Positions 18,822-26,950 of a stretch of DNA of 64,000 nucleotides are shown in pieces (the stretch's first letter is position 1; every line of letters begins with the position of its first letter). The position numbers were made by a program, and so were the translations under genes. The notes under the pieces are model-generated. The model was not told the DNA's origin and did not search any database. It saw only the letters and a program-made list of their open reading frames with translations. Location: the sequence record PZ386955.1, one strand, 5' to 3'. Source of the stretch: a phage.

Positions 18822-18980
18822 ATGAAAACTTGCCAATGTGGTAAAAAGTCTATCTCTGGTTTAAAACGTGGCGTTGCTCTTTGTCAATATCACTATAACG
18901 CTCAAACGTGGGGTAAGCAGTGGGCGGATCAGGTGGAAGAGGCAAAGAAAGAAAATATAAAAGTAGTTGCAAAGAAATAA
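18822..18980 (+). CDS. small Cys-rich (Zn-ribbon-like) protein (52 aa)
   Basis: Not in track; CQCGKK...CQYHY motif. Confidence 0.4.
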   Translation: MKTCQCGKKSISGLKRGVALCQYHYNAQTWGKQWADQVEEAKKENIKVVAKK

Positions 18981-19004
18981 AAATAGAGTAAACTGTATTC
19001 ATCA

Positions 19005-19028
19005 AGGCGGTGGAATAGCCAACCGCCT
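19005..19028 (+). promoter_or_regulatory. 5' stem-loop (PeSL-type hairpin without clear -35)
   Basis: AGGCGGTGGAATAGCCAACCGCCT just upstream of RBS and ATG 19052. Confidence 0.45.
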
Positions 19029-19051
19029 AACAAAGAGAAGAGGAAAACACC

Positions 19052-19222
19052 ATGATCACTTTCGCCACCCGTGAAGCCGCTCGCAACGTTGCACGTAAAG
19101 TTAATGCCGCCAACCTGGGCGCTACGCTTAAAGCCCCGGTAAAAGATGAATCAGGAAAATGGATCTTCCCTGGTCTGCGTCACGCTGATAAGCTGGGAAC
19201 ATTAACGTTAAAAAATAAATAA
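19052..19222 (+). CDS. hypothetical small protein (56 aa)
   Basis: Not in track; RBS GAGAAGAGGAA. Confidence 0.45.
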   Translation: MITFATREAARNVARKVNAANLGATLKAPVKDESGKWIFPGLRHADKLGTLTLKNK

Positions 19223-19228
19223 TATCCG

Positions 19229-19288
19229 CTTGACAGTAGCATGATTTATAAGTAAAGTAACAACAACGGCGGGAAATGGTTTCCCGCC
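19229..19288 (+). promoter_or_regulatory. PeSL-type promoter + stem-loop
   Basis: TTGACA-N17-TAAAGT then GGCGGGAAATGGTTTCCCGCC. Confidence 0.65.
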
Positions 19289-19308
19289 AACAATAAAGAG
19301 ATAAGATT

Positions 19309-19668
19309 ATGAAATCAGTAAAAGCAATCAAAACTTACATTGTATCGGCTATTTCTTTTGAAGGTACTACAACCGAAAAAGAAAAAATCACCGAACTGAT
19401 GCGCCGTTTTAATTCTGAATACTGGTATCCCGATAATCAAAAACGTTACAATTATAACGTGATCAAGGCGATAGCCTCATGGTTACAAGGTTTACCGTCA
19501 GACATTAACATCGCCTTTGATTATAACGAGATTGATCATTTATTAATTGAATGGAAGTACATAAAAGAAACAAGCAAAGAAACAACCGTTACCCGTGAGC
19601 GGGAAAATTATTGGTTATATATTGCAAGCATGATCGTAATCCTGGCAAAACAGCATAACGTGGCGTAA
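19309..19668 (+). CDS. hypothetical protein
   Basis: 119 aa ORF after PeSL. Confidence 0.6.
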   Translation: MKSVKAIKTYIVSAISFEGTTTEKEKITELMRRFNSEYWYPDNQKRYNYNVIKAIASWLQGLPSDINIAFDYNEIDHLLIEWKYIKETSKETTVTRERENYWLYIASMIVILAKQHNVA

Positions 19669-19683
19669 TTAAGAGGAAGAAAC

Positions 19684-19905
19684 ATGAACGCATCACAGCA
19701 GATCGAAAAATTCAACCGCAGCAAGGCGCGTAAAGATTGGAACGAAGAGATCACCAAAAAAGGCGACAAGCGGAACAAAACAAAGAGAGATCGCAGCACA
19801 AAAAGATACTGGAACGAATAACAAAAAAGGGCGCAATAAGCGCCCTTTTAGCTTATATAGAGGCTTGTTACCCATAGGCAATGGTAACGCCAGGATAAGC
19901 CTATA
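19684..19905 (+). CDS. questionable ORF (73 aa) reading through a terminator hairpin
   Basis: ATG after RBS AAGAGGAAGAAAC; frame continues through the 19823-19848 hairpin; not in supplied track. Confidence 0.25.
19823..19848 (+). terminator. rho-independent terminator-like hairpin
   Basis: GGGCGC-AATAA-GCGCCC followed by TTTT. Confidence 0.5.
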
Positions 19906-19939
19906 AACCACGTTAGACAGCTTTACAGGAGCTTTAAAA

Positions 19940-20122
19940 ATGAAATTAGACGAAATAAGCAAGGCACTAGCCCAGGGGCAAAGGTTATGCGCCCGATATC
20001 GTGATCAATATGGCTTCATAACTAGCGGCGTGATCCTGGGGATTGAAGGCAATAAGATTTTTATTGACACGTTGAAAAACGTTGTATATAGTGACAATAT
20101 AATCTCAATAAAACATATATGA
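19940..20122 (+). CDS. hypothetical protein
   Basis: 60 aa ORF, RBS CAGGAG. Confidence 0.5.
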   Translation: MKLDEISKALAQGQRLCARYRDQYGFITSGVILGIEGNKIFIDTLKNVVYSDNIISIKHI

Positions 20123-20130
20123 GGCAAGAA

Positions 20131-20532
20131 ATGAAAAAATTATTGATCGCTGGTTTAATCTCTTTTGGCATGGTTGGAACATCTAGCGCGGCGATATCCT
20201 CCACAGTAGCAGAATTAAGCGCCGTTGATGCAATGGAAAACGTCATGCTTATTAATAATGCGATCCCCGATGAAATCATGGAGGATTCACACATGATCGC
20301 TTATGGTGCTGTTACACAACTAACGGCAAAAATAGATAAATCTATTGTTAATGGCTTAAATGAAGATGTACCATGTGAAATTATTACCAGTGTGCTGACT
20401 ACTCAAAATTTTACGCCGTGGTTAAAAAGTATTCAAAAAGTACACAGTACAGCCGCAGATCGTAGCAATGAAAAACTAGTGTCAGCCCTTGCAACGTATA
20501 CCCTAGCAAAATGCACCGAGATAAAAGATTGA
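20131..20532 (+). CDS. putative secreted protein
   Basis: Start at internal ATG (MKKLLIAGLISFGMVGTSSAA signal-peptide-like) after RBS GAGG. Confidence 0.55.
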   Translation: MKKLLIAGLISFGMVGTSSAAISSTVAELSAVDAMENVMLINNAIPDEIMEDSHMIAYGAVTQLTAKIDKSIVNGLNEDVPCEIITSVLTTQNFTPWLKSIQKVHSTAADRSNEKLVSALATYTLAKCTEIKD

Positions 20533-20579
20533 CAACATAGAAAGCACGTTATAAGATACACACAACAAAGGAGAACTAC

Positions 20580-20882
20580 ATGAACGGCATAGCTAAAACG
20601 TTTTTTCTTTTTTCTGGTGTAAATGATCCATCAATAAAAGTCGATAGTGTAAAAGAAAACAATACTATCACCGCTAAATTGTTTCAAGATGAAACAAATA
20701 ACGTGCTAATCATTAATCTTAAAGAAATAACGAAAGGTTATTATACTATTGCTTACCATGCGATTTATCATGCTGGTACTAGTGAGGAAGTGCAAACAAG
20801 CAACAACGAAAGCGCGGCGCTACCTGGTGATCTGGTACTGGGCGTTATCAGTTTAATTGTCAATGATTTTTTTAAGGAGTAA
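20580..20882 (+). CDS. hypothetical protein
   Basis: 100 aa, RBS AAGGAGAA. Confidence 0.55.
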   Translation: MNGIAKTFFLFSGVNDPSIKVDSVKENNTITAKLFQDETNNVLIINLKEITKGYYTIAYHAIYHAGTSEEVQTSNNESAALPGDLVLGVISLIVNDFFKE

Positions 20883-21140
20883 AACCATGCCCTATTTACA
20901 TTTATTTTTCGGTATCTTATTGACGGGATCTTTTTTCTTCTGTATGCTTGTTTCTATTGTAAACCACGTTTTAAGACATTAAGGAAACAGCATGAAAATT
21001 ATTCCCGTACAATATAGCGTAATAAATCCAGCATACGAGGAAGGAAGGAAAACAAGCATGGCTTTATGTTGTATTGCTACTATAGCCATGTTGTTATACA
21101 TTGTGTTTTAATAGGTTTTATAGTTGTACGCTTTAAAGGC

Positions 21141-21169
21141 TTGACAATTTTTTGTTATGCTTTAAACTA
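21141..21169 (+). promoter_or_regulatory. sigma70-like promoter
   Basis: TTGACA-N17-TAAACT upstream of 21212. Confidence 0.4.
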
Positions 21170-21211
21170 TATCTTGAAAACGGCAAAGGCCGCAAACAAA
21201 AGGGTAAAATT

Positions 21212-21535
21212 ATGAAATCTGTGATCGGTGTTTATTTGGATAACTCTGATTTTTTCTATCATCGCGCTCGTTTCCTTGATGCTATTGATATGATAGAATC
21301 AGGCTTTAAAGAGTATCGCCTTGCACATGATGACCTGGAAGCATTACAGGGCAATAGTGTTTTTACATTGCAAGCTAAAGCACTATGCAAAAGCCGGATC
21401 GACATTGCGAGCAAAAAGATAGAACGCGGCATGTCCTGGTTGCGCACCGCAGAAATCAACATGGGGCAATGGTACGGCGAAAACTTAGAAAATAAACATA
21501 CTTTTGTCAATGTAGAAAATATTGAAGATTATTGA
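21212..21535 (+). CDS. hypothetical protein
   Basis: Track ORF 21152..21535 trimmed to ATG (MKSVIG) after RBS AAGGG. Confidence 0.55.
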   Translation: MKSVIGVYLDNSDFFYHRARFLDAIDMIESGFKEYRLAHDDLEALQGNSVFTLQAKALCKSRIDIASKKIERGMSWLRTAEINMGQWYGENLENKHTFVNVENIEDY

Positions 21536-21598
21536 TTGACAGCACACCTAACAGATAGTATATTGTATCTCATAGAGCGGGGAAATGGTTTCCCCGCC
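21536..21598 (+). promoter_or_regulatory. PeSL-type promoter + stem-loop
   Basis: TTGACA ... TAGTAT then GCGGGGAAATGGTTTCCCCGCC. Confidence 0.65.
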
Positions 21599-21617
21599 TT
21601 AACAGAAGAGATAAGAT

Positions 21618-21902
21618 ATGAAGATCACAAAAGCACTTTCCAACTATGCAGCACGTCGCGGATTATGTTTAACCGTTGAAAATTTAGGGAAAGAAGATTT
21701 TTTGTGCTTTTGGGAGCTTGAGAATGATAATGAGTGGATCTTCTCTTATTCTATCTGCGAAGATCAAAACGGTTGTTTATTAACCTGGCGCGGTAATATC
21801 TATTTACCGGAAGAAATCAAGGAAGAATTACCAGGCACGATCATGACTGAGAAACAGCTTAAGGAAGTGATTAATTTTGTAGGGCAAAACATTAAAAAAT
21901 AA
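21618..21902 (+). CDS. hypothetical protein
   Basis: 94 aa ORF after PeSL. Confidence 0.6.
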   Translation: MKITKALSNYAARRGLCLTVENLGKEDFLCFWELENDNEWIFSYSICEDQNGCLLTWRGNIYLPEEIKEELPGTIMTEKQLKEVINFVGQNIKK

Positions 21903-21903
21903 T

Positions 21904-21963
21904 TTGACACCAGGCAAACAACGTAGTAAAGTTTATCACATAGGGCGGGAAATGGTTTCCCGC
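21904..21963 (+). promoter_or_regulatory. PeSL-type promoter + stem-loop
   Basis: TTGACA-N16-TAAAGT then GGGCGGGAAATGGTTTCCCGC. Confidence 0.65.
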
Positions 21964-21985
21964 TCACAACAAAAGAGAACAAATC

Positions 21986-22156
21986 ATGATCCCGACTATG
22001 TTTTACGTATCGCGCAAAGGTCACAATATTTTTTGGTCTGAAGATTTAAATGAAGCCATGACGTTTGCCCGTGATCGTGTTGCTATCGGTGGCGTTAACA
22101 TTACTGTAACCGATGAAAACGGCATTGAATACTATAACGGCGACGATGAAGAGTAA
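21986..22156 (+). CDS. hypothetical small protein (56 aa)
   Basis: Not in track; follows PeSL and RBS AAAGAGAA. Confidence 0.45.
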   Translation: MIPTMFYVSRKGHNIFWSEDLNEAMTFARDRVAIGGVNITVTDENGIEYYNGDDEE

Positions 22157-22163
22157 TTAATGA

Positions 22164-22184
22164 GGCGGGGGAGTATTCCCCGCC
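22164..22184 (+). promoter_or_regulatory. 5' stem-loop (PeSL-type hairpin)
   Basis: GGCGGGGGAGTATTCCCCGCC just upstream of RBS and ATG 22204. Confidence 0.45.
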
Positions 22185-22203
22185 GTCAATAAAGAGGTAA
22201 ATC

Positions 22204-22473
22204 ATGAAAATATCATTGGACGTTGCAATCAAGGCCATCGAATCCGGTTACACCCTGGTAAAAGATGATAAGGCTAAAATAGTGCATCATGTTAACAAGG
22301 AAACAGGCGAAAGCATGATCACATATAAAGCCGCCTACTTTCTCCAATCAGTAGCAGATCCGCGCGTACAGCGCCAGGTCACGGCGGCTATTGCTAAAAA
22401 ATTATGTGCTTTACAGGGCACAAGTTTTAACGAGATCCCGCCGTGTTTTGACTGGTCGAGCTTGAAAAAATAG
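22204..22473 (+). CDS. hypothetical protein
   Basis: 89 aa ORF. Confidence 0.6.
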   Translation: MKISLDVAIKAIESGYTLVKDDKAKIVHHVNKETGESMITYKAAYFLQSVADPRVQRQVTAAIAKKLCALQGTSFNEIPPCFDWSSLKK

Positions 22474-22474
22474 T

Positions 22475-22531
22475 TTGACAAAAATTATAAATCGGGTAGA
22501 ATGTATTTCGTAGGGCGGCAATAGTGCCGCT
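22475..22531 (+). promoter_or_regulatory. PeSL-type promoter + stem-loop
   Basis: TTGACA-N16-TAGAAT then GGGCGGCAATAGTGCCGCTC. Confidence 0.65.
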
Positions 22532-22553
22532 CGCAACTAAAAGAGAAATCATC

Positions 22554-22748
22554 ATGGCGCTTAAAAAACTAACAAGCAATACTCGTTGGGATGAAATCGA
22601 CGGGGAAGTATACATTTTCGCCCGTAAACCAGGTGATCAAAAATGGTCAAAGGCTTTTACTTGTCACCCTGCAACAATAGATCTAATAAAAAGTAAAGGT
22701 TTACGTGAAGCAGTAGCGAGAAGTTTACTGATTCCTTGTAAAAAATAG
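22554..22748 (+). CDS. hypothetical protein
   Basis: Track ORF 22524..22748 trimmed to ATG (MALKKL) downstream of hairpin. Confidence 0.55.
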   Translation: MALKKLTSNTRWDEIDGEVYIFARKPGDQKWSKAFTCHPATIDLIKSKGLREAVARSLLIPCKK

Positions 22749-22749
22749 T

Positions 22750-22811
22750 TTGACAATATGCGGTTATCTGGTAAAGTGTACCACGTAGGGCGGGGCAATA
22801 AGGCAACGCCC
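22750..22811 (+). promoter_or_regulatory. PeSL-type promoter + stem-loop
   Basis: TTGACA-N16-TAAAGT then GC-rich hairpin GGGCGGGGCAATAAGGCAACGCCC. Confidence 0.55.
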
Positions 22812-22944
22812 ACTAATGAGGGTAAAATCATGTTAGAGAAAATTTTCACGGTTGTAATAGTGGGCCTGGCGTTATCGGTTGGAGTGATTGCAACTATGGC
22901 TAACATGATCCTATCTTCCCACGGTATTGGATAAGGTGAATCAA

Positions 22945-23160
22945 ATGATCACGAATAAGACAGGTAAAACGGAATTTTTACGCGGCTTGCAAATAGGTAA
23001 ACCTGAGATCTGGCATTGCACTAAAAGACCACGTGACGAAATGAAAGATTTCACCGCTACTTTACAACGTGTTAAAATATCTATCACACAGAAAAAAGCC
23101 TTGTTAGTAGTAGAAAATGAGATACCGCAAACCATTATTATTGTCGAGCGTACAGCATGA
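22945..23160 (+). CDS. hypothetical protein
   Basis: Track ORF 22927..23160 trimmed to ATG after RBS AAGGTGA; a possible 34-aa membrane peptide ORF (~22830-22934) precedes it. Confidence 0.5.
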   Translation: MITNKTGKTEFLRGLQIGKPEIWHCTKRPRDEMKDFTATLQRVKISITQKKALLVVENEIPQTIIIVERTA

Positions 23161-23543
23161 AAACTGAAATCATTATTGAAATCATCAACGGTTATAAAGA
23201 AGCCTTTATTTTTGCTGAATCAGCCAGGGATCATGAAGGCTATTTTATTGATAACTTAGACGATTATGATTTTTCAGATCAAGCCCATCAGAGGATCATT
23301 CATGACGTAGCGGCTTATTGTGATGCCAATGATGCTGCTATCTCTGAGGCAATGAGCGACGGCGCTACAGCAAACCAGATCGGGAATGATTTACATTTTA
23401 CCCGTAACGGTCACGGCGTAGGCTTTTGGGATCGCCCTGAAATATACACTACTAACACCGCCAACCGCCTAACAAATGCAGCTAAATTAATGCCATCGGT
23501 GCATGCTTACATTGGTGAAGATAATTTGATTTATATTGAATAA
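23157..23543 (+). CDS. hypothetical protein
   Basis: 128 aa, ATGA overlap with upstream gene. Confidence 0.6.
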   Translation: MKTEIIIEIINGYKEAFIFAESARDHEGYFIDNLDDYDFSDQAHQRIIHDVAAYCDANDAAISEAMSDGATANQIGNDLHFTRNGHGVGFWDRPEIYTTNTANRLTNAAKLMPSVHAYIGEDNLIYIE

Positions 23544-23549
23544 AAAGTA

Positions 23550-23608
23550 TTGACACCGATCCCCAGTATGTTATTATTTACCACGTAGGCGGGAAATGGT
23601 TTCCCGCC
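23550..23608 (+). promoter_or_regulatory. PeSL-type promoter + stem-loop
   Basis: TTGACA ... TATTAT then GGCGGGAAATGGTTTCCCGCC. Confidence 0.65.
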
Positions 23609-23631
23609 AGGTAATCAAAAAGGTAAATACT

Positions 23632-24021
23632 ATGCGCAACCTGGTTTCTGTTTCTAACGTTGAAAAATTCCAATCCTTGCAGGGTATCGTTAACAACGTA
23701 GCGCCTTTTTTAGTCAATGGCTTGATTGCAAAGATGAAAAATAAACATCATGCGGCATGGTCTGCTTACTGCTTTGATAATGATGAAAAAGCGGCTGAAA
23801 TGATGTTAAATATGCTGTTAGACAGTGTAGAATCATCTTTACCGGAAAACATCGCAGAAGAGATCACCTATCGTTATAATATGGCGATCACTTACCAGGA
23901 AGTGGCGCAGTTTAACATGATGGATGAAGATGACCAACAGGATCAGGAAATGTTTTGGGAGTATGCAGATCGTCAATCGGCTTTTGATGAAAAGTTAGCG
24001 ATGTATTATAACGAATATTAA
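23632..24021 (+). CDS. hypothetical acidic protein
   Basis: Track ORF 23596..24021 starts inside hairpin; trimmed to ATG (MRNLVS) after RBS AAAAGG. Confidence 0.55.
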   Translation: MRNLVSVSNVEKFQSLQGIVNNVAPFLVNGLIAKMKNKHHAAWSAYCFDNDEKAAEMMLNMLLDSVESSLPENIAEEITYRYNMAITYQEVAQFNMMDEDDQQDQEMFWEYADRQSAFDEKLAMYYNEY

Positions 24022-24033
24022 TACACGGCAAAA

Positions 24034-24062
24034 GAAAGGGGCGCACTAAGCGCCCTTTTTTG
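24034..24062 (+). terminator. rho-independent terminator
   Basis: GGGGCGC-ACTAA-GCGCCCC followed by TTTTTT. Confidence 0.65.
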
Positions 24063-24408
24063 TATTCTTTTTTCACAATGGAAGCGACACGTAAAGAATA
24101 GGCGTAAAGGTGGCGTAAAACCATCTAAAACCGACTGTAACCGCTTAAACAAGGTAGGAATGATTAATCACCTTACCAGGATGAAAAAGCTGTTATAAAG
24201 CTATCTAGAGCGTTTAAAGCACATAGGAAATAATTTGCTTTTTATCTTGCCTTTTGTCCTACTTTTGATTATTATTATGGAACGGGCGGCACCTGGGAGC
24301 AGGGGAAGATAATCACCGGAAGATCCCGCTATATATTGATAGCTAATATCTATTAAACAACAAAACATCAAAGGAATAAACTATCAAATCTTTACAATCT
24401 TATCTATT

Positions 24409-24437
24409 GACCAATAAATCACAATAGTTTAATATTG
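24409..24437 (+). promoter_or_regulatory. sigma70-like promoter
   Basis: TTGACC-N17-TAATAT upstream of 24484. Confidence 0.4.
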
Positions 24438-24483
24438 TTTTTAGAGGGTAGAATATTCCCCGAACGAAAACAGGAAAAAGAAA

Positions 24484-24720
24484 ATGAAAGAAGTCATGAT
24501 CCTCAAAAAATCACCTATTTTACGTGGCGGTTTTATCGCTTACTCTGATGATCTGTTAATTGCAACAGTTGCAAAAATACTAAAATCAGAAGATGACAGT
24601 AAAAACGGCGTTTATCGTATCTGTTTCACCCGTGGAAAATTACAAGGCAAGATCGCTTATGCCTTTGATTTACAAGATGTAAACGATAAAATATGCGCTG
24701 TTATTGATTATGCAAAATAA
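24484..24720 (+). CDS. hypothetical protein
   Basis: 78 aa ORF, RBS AGGAAAAAG. Confidence 0.55.
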   Translation: MKEVMILKKSPILRGGFIAYSDDLLIATVAKILKSEDDSKNGVYRICFTRGKLQGKIAYAFDLQDVNDKICAVIDYAK

Positions 24721-24732
24721 TTAATTTTCTTA

Positions 24733-24760
24733 TTGACACCGGATCACGCTTACATTATTA
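24733..24760 (+). promoter_or_regulatory. sigma70-like promoter
   Basis: TTGACA ... CATTAT upstream of 24808. Confidence 0.45.
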
Positions 24761-24807
24761 TTTATCACGTAGGGCAAATCATTTTAAACGGTAAACGAGG
24801 AATCACC

Positions 24808-25191
24808 ATGAGCAATATCATCAACCTGGCGGCTACTGTAAACGGTAAAGATTTTAACGGCGCTGTAGATCGTGATCCTATGTGGTGCTTATCAGTGTTT
24901 AAAGGCGATCTGGTTGAAGTTAGAACAACCGAAGGTTATAGCGACGATTATAAATGCGAGATTCATTTACACAACTGGTACACGGGTAAAACTTATGCGC
25001 TGAATCATGCGTTTATCGGGAAAATTGAATATCGCGAGATGATCGACGAGGAAACCGGGCAAGATTTTAGCGAAAACGTTTATATTCGTTCCGAGACATT
25101 AGCCGAACGTTTGATCGAGAAGATGAAAGCAAAAAATAAAATTAATTTAGCTCATTGGATTGATATAACAAACGATCCAGCTTATCAATAA
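24808..25191 (+). CDS. hypothetical protein
   Basis: Track ORF 24733..25191 overlaps promoter; trimmed to ATG (MSNIIN) after RBS ACGAGGAA. Confidence 0.55.
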   Translation: MSNIINLAATVNGKDFNGAVDRDPMWCLSVFKGDLVEVRTTEGYSDDYKCEIHLHNWYTGKTYALNHAFIGKIEYREMIDEETGQDFSENVYIRSETLAERLIEKMKAKNKINLAHWIDITNDPAYQ

Positions 25192-25205
25192 ATAACATTT
25201 CACAC

Positions 25206-25232
25206 CAGGGCGCACAAAGCGCCCTTTCTTTT
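25206..25232 (+). terminator. rho-independent terminator
   Basis: GGGCGC-ACAAA-GCGCCC followed by TTTCTTTT. Confidence 0.6.
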
Positions 25233-25490
25233 ACCTCAATAAAGATGATAGCTTTTACCTATCAAAAACGTTCACCGAAAAAAGTGAATAGATCGCGGTA
25301 TCGAGCTAATCAAGGAGCAGATGAACAACCATACCATGAAGATCATAAGGCGCTTACAACGCGTTTTAGACCGCTTGTTTTTAATTTCTCCATGTAACTA
25401 TCTGGCAAAAACAGCCTTTTTCTTGTCTTTCCTCTTAAATAATAATCATTCTCATTTGTAGCTGATTATTTATGCAATAAACTGAATAAT

Positions 25491-25514
25491 GCAATAATGA
25501 TAATCATTCTTAAC
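25491..25514. promoter_or_regulatory. Fur-box-like motif, copy 2
   Basis: AATAATGATAATCATTCTT, 16 of 19 matches to GATAATGATAATCATTATC; partial copy at 25441-25458. Confidence 0.4.
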
Positions 25515-25885
25515 TTAAGACCATCTAACCTATAAAATAATAAGCTATCTAACTAAATTAAAGCTAATTATCTCACCTTTATTTATAACTTACTGTTACT
25601 ATCTCATTGATAACCTTATATTAAACAACAATAACTAATATAAATCATTACCAAGCTAAAGATAAGCTATCTAACCTTTAAAACTATAACTATAATCTAT
25701 CGAATTGTTGCACAAAGTAACTATTAAATTGTTAGTAACATTACTAAATAATTAATATCCTATCTATTTATGATCTAATCTTTACCTTCCTATCTATTAC
25801 CTAAATAATCATTTCATACAATAACTATAACAAGAAATATAATTCGCAAGCGTATCATTAGCAGCCTATGCCGGACACATAGGCG

Positions 25886-26031
25886 GCTAATAATAACGCA
25901 ACTACACACCCCACATAATAACCATCACCGATAGTTATTATTTGTGCTTATGTAGCTTGCAACAATTGCAAGCGCAACAATATACATGGTATATTGTATC
26001 CCTTACATTGTTGCGGTGCGTTATTATTAGC
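25886..26031. repeat. nested inverted repeats / palindromes in non-coding region
   Basis: Perfect 15-nt arms GCTAATAATAACGCA inverted ~110 bp apart; internal palindromes GCTTGCAA-CAA-TTGCAAGC and ACAATATAC-ATG-GTATATTGT. Confidence 0.6.
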
Positions 26032-26360
26032 TAATGTTTAGAACATTGGCTATAATATAAGCTATCCAATAATAATAAGCTATACAATAATAAACATAGT
26101 GAATAATGACCCCCGATGATCATAATGCGCCACCTTCCAGGGGGCGCTATGTGAACACAAAGAAACCTTTCTTGTCAAGAAAAATATTGCCACTATTGCG
26201 CAAAATTATTTATATCTGAATAGATGATTTTTCATACTATTGCCCCCAATACTATCCCTATTTGTTGCCCTAACTATTGTCATTTGTTGAGCCTACTTTC
26301 TTAAAAGCGCAATAAATCAGAATTATCTTGATTTTTAGGGCGTTTTATAGTATAGAAAAT

Positions 26361-26384
26361 ATGCAAATGATAATCATTATCAGC
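26361..26384. promoter_or_regulatory. Fur-box-like motif, copy 3
   Basis: GCAAATGATAATCATTATC, 17 of 19 matches to Fur consensus. Confidence 0.4.
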
Positions 26385-26548
26385 TATCTTCCACGGGTGG
26401 CACTATTTCACGCAGGATCATTTCATTTGGCAAGGTGTATATAGATGTTTAGACTTGCCAAGCCATTGATTTACTTAGAATTTATCTGTTTTGTTGTGAG
26501 TAGTACCTTTCTTGCTCAGAAAATAATCAAAAGTCTTATAAGTCATTG

Positions 26549-26577
26549 AATGATAATGCAAATGATAATTATTCTCA
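26549..26577. promoter_or_regulatory. Fur-box-like motif, copy 4 (tandem half-sites)
   Basis: GATAATGCAAATGATAATTATTCTC. Confidence 0.35.
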
Positions 26578-26950
26578 TTGATATTTGAGGGGGACGGTCG
26601 GCAGAAATCGGGGGGCGCTGAAAATCGCGTTAAGCACCTCTCGCAAGCGAGCAGTATTTTGCGGCAAGTTATTGATATTATTGACTTTACGCTTATGAAA
26701 AGGGGGTGTGTCGAAATAAATCGGGTATACCGGAAAAATTTTGTGGCATAGATATTTATTTGTCTATATTATGTACAAAGGGGTGTGTTAAAAATAATAG
26801 GTATATATAGAATAATTGATAGGGAATACCTATACTAATTCCTATACTAAATCCTTCATTAATGATGTTTCTATGGTGCTGTTCTTGTAATAGATGAAAA
26901 GACGCTGTATGATGTGTGGCATGAAACGTAAATTTATAAAGGAGTCTGAT

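Noticed and set aside
9648-24124. Minus-strand ORFs inside plus-strand blocks (e.g. 9648..9908, 10449..11260, 12307..12789, 13492..13677, 15175..15381, 16313..16928, 19128..19331, 19608..19962, 20061..20294, 21259..21510, 21800..22024, 22427..22906, 22941..23135, 23912..24124, 27704..28078, 30037..30734, 32290..32984, 33525..33707, 34901..35134, 38012..38396)
   Set aside because: Antisense to RBS-preceded plus-strand genes or overlapping promoter/hairpin elements; the exception kept is 14506..14772, which has its own minus-strand promoter.
18547-24808. Long N-terminal extensions of track ORFs (18547, 21152, 22524, 23596, 24733, 26894, 32993, 33420, 33826, 37650 and others)
   Set aside because: The extended starts (often TTG/GTG) fall inside promoters, stem-loops or upstream genes; an internal ATG with a proper RBS was preferred.
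13745-26893. tRNA genes in the non-coding gaps (13.7-14.5 kb, 24.0-24.5 kb, 25.2-26.9 kb)
   Set aside because: No T-arm-like GGTTCGAATCC/GTTCRANYC box or cloverleaf-compatible acceptor pairing was seen by eye; a proper tRNA scan is still advisable.
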